Shown here: piece by piece, positions 59,525 through 64,000 of the stretch | How the letters are laid out: every line of letters starts with the position of its first letter | How positions within the stretch are numbered: the first letter of the stretch is position 1 | Assembly: GCA_031082155.1 (NCBI GenBank) | Contig: JAVHLL010000009.1 | Location: 2,052-66,051 of the forward strand | DNA: 64,000 nucleotides | DNA from: Thermodesulfovibrionales bacterium | GTDB lineage: Bacteria > Nitrospirota > Thermodesulfovibrionia > Thermodesulfovibrionales > SM23-35 | Reading direction: 5' to 3' | Made by a program: the position numbers and the translations under genes | Notes under the pieces: generated by a model | Databases searched by the model: none | Told to the model about the DNA's origin: nothing | Seen by the model: the letters and a program-made list of their open reading frames with translations, nothing else

Positions 59525-60229
59525 TCACTGTATTTTACCTAAATATGAAGTCCTTTTCTCTTGCTCAAACCGTTCGATGGCGTATCTGAGCATGGTCCTC
59601 GGCATTGTTTGAGAATGTTCCCGCAGAAACCGTTCTTCGCTCTCCTGATCTCTTTTGCCGATTTCCCGGAGCATCCAGCCGACTGCCTTGTGAATGAGAT
59701 CATGGGGGTCCCTGAGGAGCATTTCCGCAAGGCGAAAGGTGTCTTCAAATTGATTTTGTCTTATGAATGCAAAGGTGGATATGACCGCTATCCTTCTTTC
59801 CCATAGATTGGGAGATTCGGCAAGTCGCCAGAGAATTGCCCGTTCATTTGCCAATAAAAAGGTGCCTAATATTTTTTCTGCGGACAGGTCGACGAGGTCC
59901 CAATTGTTGATATATCGTGTGTTTTCAAGATAAAATTTCACAATATCCCCTCTGTCCTGTTCATGCGCATGCGCATACTGAAGAATGAGGATAAGAAGGG
60001 CAACCAGTCTGTACTCGTGGATTTTACTCGAAATCAACTCCTGCAGATCTTGCAAAGGCAGCGCTTTGTATTTTTTTGCAATTCGCCGTTGTTCTGGAAC
60101 TGGTATCCCGAGGAACCAGTCCCCCTCTCCATATTCACCTTTCCCTGTTTTGAAAAAACGTAAAAGAATATTTGCCCTATCCGGATCGGCTTGTTTCTGT
60201 AAATCTTTTTTTATATGATTCAGTAACAA
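59525..60229 (-). CDS. DNA alkylation repair protein (AlkD-like)
   Basis: [40 protein letters not shown]. Confidence 0.9.
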   Translation of the reverse strand: MLLNHIKKDLQKQADPDRANILLRFFKTGKGEYGEGDWFLGIPVPEQRRIAKKYKALPLQDLQELISSKIHEYRLVALLILILQYAHAHEQDRGDIVKFYLENTRYINNWDLVDLSAEKILGTFLLANERAILWRLAESPNLWERRIAVISTFAFIRQNQFEDTFRLAEMLLRDPHDLIHKAVGWMLREIGKRDQESEERFLREHSQTMPRTMLRYAIERFEQEKRTSYLGKIQ

Positions 60230-60408
60230 TGAAATCTCTCTTCCGTGTCACTATTAAAGATACTCTACAAGCCGGAATACTCCCTGTCAATAACCGTGCA
60301 TACCATAACCTCATCAAGGGGCTCAACTTATACAACTTATTGACCCGCACAAGATATCATGCTATGCTTTTTGTAAAAAAGAGTTCACTGCAGGGAAGGA
60401 GGAGAACT

Positions 60409-60864
60409 ATGCTGAAAGAATTCAGAGAATTTGCCATGAAGGGAAATGTCGTTGATATGGCGGTAGGAATCATAATCGGTGCAGCCTTTGGGGGAATCGT
60501 AAGTTCTTTTGTTGCTGATGTAATCATGCCCCCTATCGGGCTTCTTTTTGGGAATGTTGATTTTGCGAATCTTTTCCTTGTTCTGAAAGAAGGCGCTGTA
60601 TCACAGCCCTATGCCTTGCTGGCCGACGCAAAAAAAGCCGGTGCAGTAACAATAAACTACGGATTGTTTCTGAACACCGTTGTCAGTTTTCTCATTGTTG
60701 CGCTGTCGGTATTTTTCGTTGTCCGGTCCGTCAATGCTATGAAAAGAGAAAAGGAAGTTCCCCCTCCGGCTCCAACGACAAAGGAATGTCCCTATTGCCT
60801 CTCGGTCATTCCCCTGAAAGCGGTGCGGTGCGCCCATTGTACCTCAGAGCTGAAAAACGTGTAA
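60409..60864 (+). CDS. mscL: large-conductance mechanosensitive channel with C-terminal zinc ribbon
   Basis: [27 protein letters not shown]; tail CPYC..CAHC; ATG 60409 after AGGAGG. Confidence 0.95.
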   Translation: MLKEFREFAMKGNVVDMAVGIIIGAAFGGIVSSFVADVIMPPIGLLFGNVDFANLFLVLKEGAVSQPYALLADAKKAGAVTINYGLFLNTVVSFLIVALSVFFVVRSVNAMKREKEVPPPAPTTKECPYCLSVIPLKAVRCAHCTSELKNV

Positions 60865-60908
60865 GGGCCTCTTGCAATTTGTATTAGGCAATATTAAAAT
60901 GCAGGGCA

Positions 60909-61283
60909 ATGCATGCCACGAACGAAGAGAAGATCCCACACATGAACTGCCCTTTCTGCGGGCAGGAAGCGTCCGCCGGAGAAATATGTAACCACTGCGG
61001 CAGAAAGATCAATAAACCTGCAGATGATCTCGAGATTGAGTACAAAGAGTTCACTCTGTCGGAATTCCTCGAAATCCGAAAAAAAAAGGAACAACCGGGA
61101 GAACAGGGCTTTAGGGGAAAAGGGGTTTCTTTGTCCGATCAGAGGGGCGCGAGTCTTCGCCGGAAGCAAAGTACGTATGAAAAGACAGGAAAGACCAGGA
61201 AATGTCTCATTCTCATAGCAGTCATTGGATTTGTAGCTGTCATACTCGGCGGCTTTTTCCTCCTGAAGCTGCTCATGCCATAA
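60909..61283 (+). CDS. zinc-ribbon protein with C-terminal membrane anchor
   Basis: CPFCG..CNHCG at the N-terminus; C-terminal hydrophobic helix. Confidence 0.6.
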   Translation: MHATNEEKIPHMNCPFCGQEASAGEICNHCGRKINKPADDLEIEYKEFTLSEFLEIRKKKEQPGEQGFRGKGVSLSDQRGASLRRKQSTYEKTGKTRKCLILIAVIGFVAVILGGFFLLKLLMP

Positions 61284-61345
61284 CATGGCATCTTCGACGT
61301 TAACCACTATGAAGACAGACTATCTCGATCTGTGGCAGGATGTAT

Positions 61346-61756
61346 TCAGAGTTCTTTGAAGACTTTTGCGAGGCTCTCACCCCCGACATGAATAAGAAAT
61401 TCATTGAAATAACCGAACGGAGTAGAGAGCACAGTGTATCCTGAATGCTGCAATTTCTCTGCAGCCTTGTTAATAAAGCTCTCCGCATATTCCGCAGATG
61501 CCTTGCTTGAAGAAAGGTGATTGAAGGTGTGAATGACGACGTTCCTGGTGTCGAATTTCCCGGCAAGCCATTTGATATTTTTCAGAAATTTATCGAGAAG
61601 GCTTTTCCCTTTCTCTTCATCCTCTTGTTCCACATGATAGAATACCACGACCGCATTTTCCATGCAGTCCTCCCTGTCGATCTCAGGCACATGGGGCAGA
61701 CTTTTCGATGCAGTTTTAAACCACCACTTATGGGCATAGAAGAGGAGCAGCTTCAT
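61346..61756 (-). CDS. free-standing archaeal-type threonyl-tRNA synthetase editing domain protein
   Basis: MKLLL.., VVF..VE..D, F.HLS, PFGY..F....G..LA pattern; 136 aa. Confidence 0.8.
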   Translation of the reverse strand: MKLLLFYAHKWWFKTASKSLPHVPEIDREDCMENAVVVFYHVEQEDEEKGKSLLDKFLKNIKWLAGKFDTRNVVIHTFNHLSSSKASAEYAESFINKAAEKLQHSGYTVLSTPFGYFNEFLIHVGGESLAKVFKEL

Positions 61757-62604
61757 GTACTTCGTATCTGCATATTTTTGACGGCATCTGCTACCTTGGC
61801 GACTTTAACCATCTCCTTCACATCATGCACACGAATGATGTTCGCGCCGTTGAAAATTGCTATCGCAACTGCTGCAGCAGTTCCCTCGAGTCTTTCTTCC
61901 GGCGGTGCGTCACCAAGGATTTTGCCGATAAATGCTTTTCGGGACGGCCCTATGAGAACCGGTTTTCTCAATGCGGAGAACATAGGGAGGTTGTGTATTA
62001 TTTCAAGATTATGTTCGAATGTTTTGCCAAAACCGATACCCGGGTCTATGAGTATCTTATCCTGAGAAATTCCTGCTTCGGCTGCAATTGCTATGCTTTC
62101 TTCGAGATAGGCGAGGATTTCAGGAATAAGAGATGTGTATACTGGATTCTGCTGCATGTCTTTCGGTTTTCCCCTCATATGCATAGCCACAACGGGCACT
62201 TTATACTGTGAGACGACCGACGGCATTTCCGGGTCGAATCGCAATCCACCGATATCGTTTACCATTGCTGCTCCTGCATCGAGCGCTCTTTTCGCGACTG
62301 CGGCCTTATGGGTATCTATCGAAATGGGGACCGGGATATCCCTGGCAAGGGTCTCGATAAGGGGGATTGTGCGTTTCAGTTCCTCTTCAACCGGAAGAGG
62401 TTCAGCGCCGGGCCTTGCGGATTCACCGCCTATGTCTATGATGTCGGCGCCCTCATCGACCATTTGGAGGGCCCTTTTGACCGCTGAAGATGCATCGAAA
62501 TACAGACCGCCGTCGGAAAAGGAATCCGGGGTGACATTAAGGATTCCCATGATACAGGTCTTTTTTGAGAAGTCCAGCGAGAAGTTTCGCCAGGTGAGGT
62601 TCAC
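61753..62604 (-). CDS. folP: dihydropteroate synthase
   Basis: [37 protein letters not shown]. Confidence 0.97.
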   Translation of the reverse strand: MNLTWRNFSLDFSKKTCIMGILNVTPDSFSDGGLYFDASSAVKRALQMVDEGADIIDIGGESARPGAEPLPVEEELKRTIPLIETLARDIPVPISIDTHKAAVAKRALDAGAAMVNDIGGLRFDPEMPSVVSQYKVPVVAMHMRGKPKDMQQNPVYTSLIPEILAYLEESIAIAAEAGISQDKILIDPGIGFGKTFEHNLEIIHNLPMFSALRKPVLIGPSRKAFIGKILGDAPPEERLEGTAAAVAIAIFNGANIIRVHDVKEMVKVAKVADAVKNMQIRST

Positions 62605-64000
62605 ACCGGTACGGTCCTTTGTGACTCCACTTCCTGTATCAGAATATCTATCTCTGAACCGTCCATTGTCTCTTTCTCCAGGAGGGTTTTCGCCAGGGTA
62701 TCGAGAAGGTCCTTGTTCGCTATGAGAAGATTTTTTGCGGCGTTATATGATTCAATGACTATCCTTTTGACCTCTTCGTCTATGTCAATTGCTGTCTTTT
62801 CACTGTAGTCCTTGTGCTGCGTTATTTCCCTTCCGAGGAATATCTGTTCTTCTTTCTTCCCGAAGGTAATCGGACCAAGCTTTTCAGACATGCCCCACTC
62901 GGTGACCATTTTTCGTGCGAGGTCGCTTGCCCTTTCGAGGTCATTTCCCGCGCCGGTCGTCAGATGGTGCAGTGCAATCTCTTCTGCAGCCCTTCCGCCC
63001 ATAAGAACGGCAAGGGCATTCATCAGGTATCCGCTCGGATAGGTATATCGGTCGTCCAGGGGAAGCTGCTGTGTGATACCGAGCGCACGTCCTCTCGGAA
63101 TGATGCTGACCTTATGGAGTGGATCAGTGTCGGGCGTTAACTTGGCAACAAGGGCATGGCCTGCCTCGTGGTATGCCGTATTCTTTTTCTCGGTATCGCT
63201 TATGATCATGCTCTTTCTCTCGACGCCCATCAAAACTTTGTCCTTGGCTGTCTCGAAGTCCGTTTTTTCGACTTTGGTCTTTGTTTTCCGCGCAGCGATC
63301 AGGGCGGCTTCATTCACAAGATTCTCGAGATCTGCGCCAGAAAACCCGGGAGTTCCACGGGCTATTTCATCAAGCTTGACCTGTTCATCTACAGGGATGT
63401 TCCTTGTATGGACTTTGAGTATATCGAGCCTCCCCTTTACGTCAGGCTGAGGGACAATGACCTGTCTGTCAAACCTTCCCGGTCTGAGCAGGGCAGGATC
63501 AAGGACATCTGGCCTGTTTGTTGCGGCAATGATAATCACTCCCTGATTTGCCTCGAATCCGTCCATTTCGACAAGAAGCTGATTTAATGTCTGCTCGCGC
63601 TCATCATGGCCCCCACCGAGACCGGCTCCCCTGTGGCGCCCAACCGCATCTATCTCATCGATGAAAATGATACACGGTGCGCTCTTCTTCGCCTGATCAA
63701 AAAGGTCTCTTACCCTTGACGCGCCGACTCCGACAAACATTTCGACAAAATCCGAACCGGATATCGAGAAAAAGGGAACGCTGGCTTCGCCAGCGATAGC
63801 ACGTGCAAGGAGTGTTTTGCCTGTCCCCGGTGCGCCAATGAGCAGTACACCCTTGGGGATTTTGCCGCCAAGTTTCTGGAATTTCTGAGGGTCTTTCAGG
63901 AAATCGATAATCTCCTGAACCTCTGTTTTTGCCTCGTCTATTCCGGCAACGTCGGCGAATGTTATCTTCACGGATTTTTCCGAGACCAGCTTTGCCTTGG
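62601..64000 (-). CDS. ftsH: ATP-dependent zinc metalloprotease FtsH (5'-partial)
   Basis: [25 protein letters not shown]; frame runs off the window end. Confidence 0.98.
   Translation of the reverse strand, partial: KAKLVSEKSVKITFADVAGIDEAKTEVQEIIDFLKDPQKFQKLGGKIPKGVLLIGAPGTGKTLLARAIAGEASVPFFSISGSDFVEMFVGVGASRVRDLFDQAKKSAPCIIFIDEIDAVGRHRGAGLGGGHDEREQTLNQLLVEMDGFEANQGVIIIAATNRPDVLDPALLRPGRFDRQVIVPQPDVKGRLDILKVHTRNIPVDEQVKLDEIARGTPGFSGADLENLVNEAALIAARKTKTKVEKTDFETAKDKVLMGVERKSMIISDTEKKNTAYHEAGHALVAKLTPDTDPLHKVSIIPRGRALGITQQLPLDDRYTYPSGYLMNALAVLMGGRAAEEIALHHLTTGAGNDLERASDLARKMVTEWGMSEKLGPITFGKKEEQIFLGREITQHKDYSEKTAIDIDEEVKRIVIESYNAAKNLLIANKDLLDTLAKTLLEKETMDGSEIDILIQEVESQRTVPV

Noticed and set aside
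60172-60408. Long N-terminal extension of MscL (likewise the extensions on ogt, parA, usp and the TonB receptor in the ORF track)
   Set aside because: Family N-termini and RBS positions support the downstream starts

Overview
This is a 64-kb bacterial chromosome segment that starts near the replication origin (partial dnaN, gyrB) and ends in folP and a partial ftsH. Gene style suggests an anaerobic diderm, possibly Nitrospirota/Thermodesulfovibrionia or Desulfobacterota (inference only). Most of it is housekeeping and signalling: tal, larE, rng, c-di-GMP enzymes, coaX, birA, parAB, trxB-like, rel, recJ, secDF-yajC, a UvrD-family helicase and mscL. The main accessory block is about 3.9-14.9 kb. 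It has a sigma70-like promoter, a ~200-nt leader with two tandem terminator-like units built from repeated C-(N)NGAA-G hairpin loops, a SAM methyltransferase, TonB-ExbB-ExbD, a TonB-dependent receptor, two DUF4198-like and one NikL/CbiL-like protein (probable Ni/Co uptake) and an orphan BioB-like radical SAM enzyme. Two intact IS elements interrupt this block. One is an ISL3 with an 8-bp target duplication that splits a reconstructable 54-codon ORF. The other is a two-gene IS4/IS701-like element with a 7-bp duplication and a perfect 38-bp palindromic bidirectional promoter. The best candidate for an undescribed system is the GAA-loop tandem attenuator controlling the metal-uptake operon. Other oddities are a 1176-aa TSP3-repeat/M64 metallopeptidase, a Rossmann-GAF-PAS hybrid kinase with a degenerate GGDEF domain, and 7/8-nt periodic repeats inserted in frame in recJ and a radical SAM gene. 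No rRNA, tRNA or CRISPR array was seen. All family calls come from motif recognition by eye, not from database searches.
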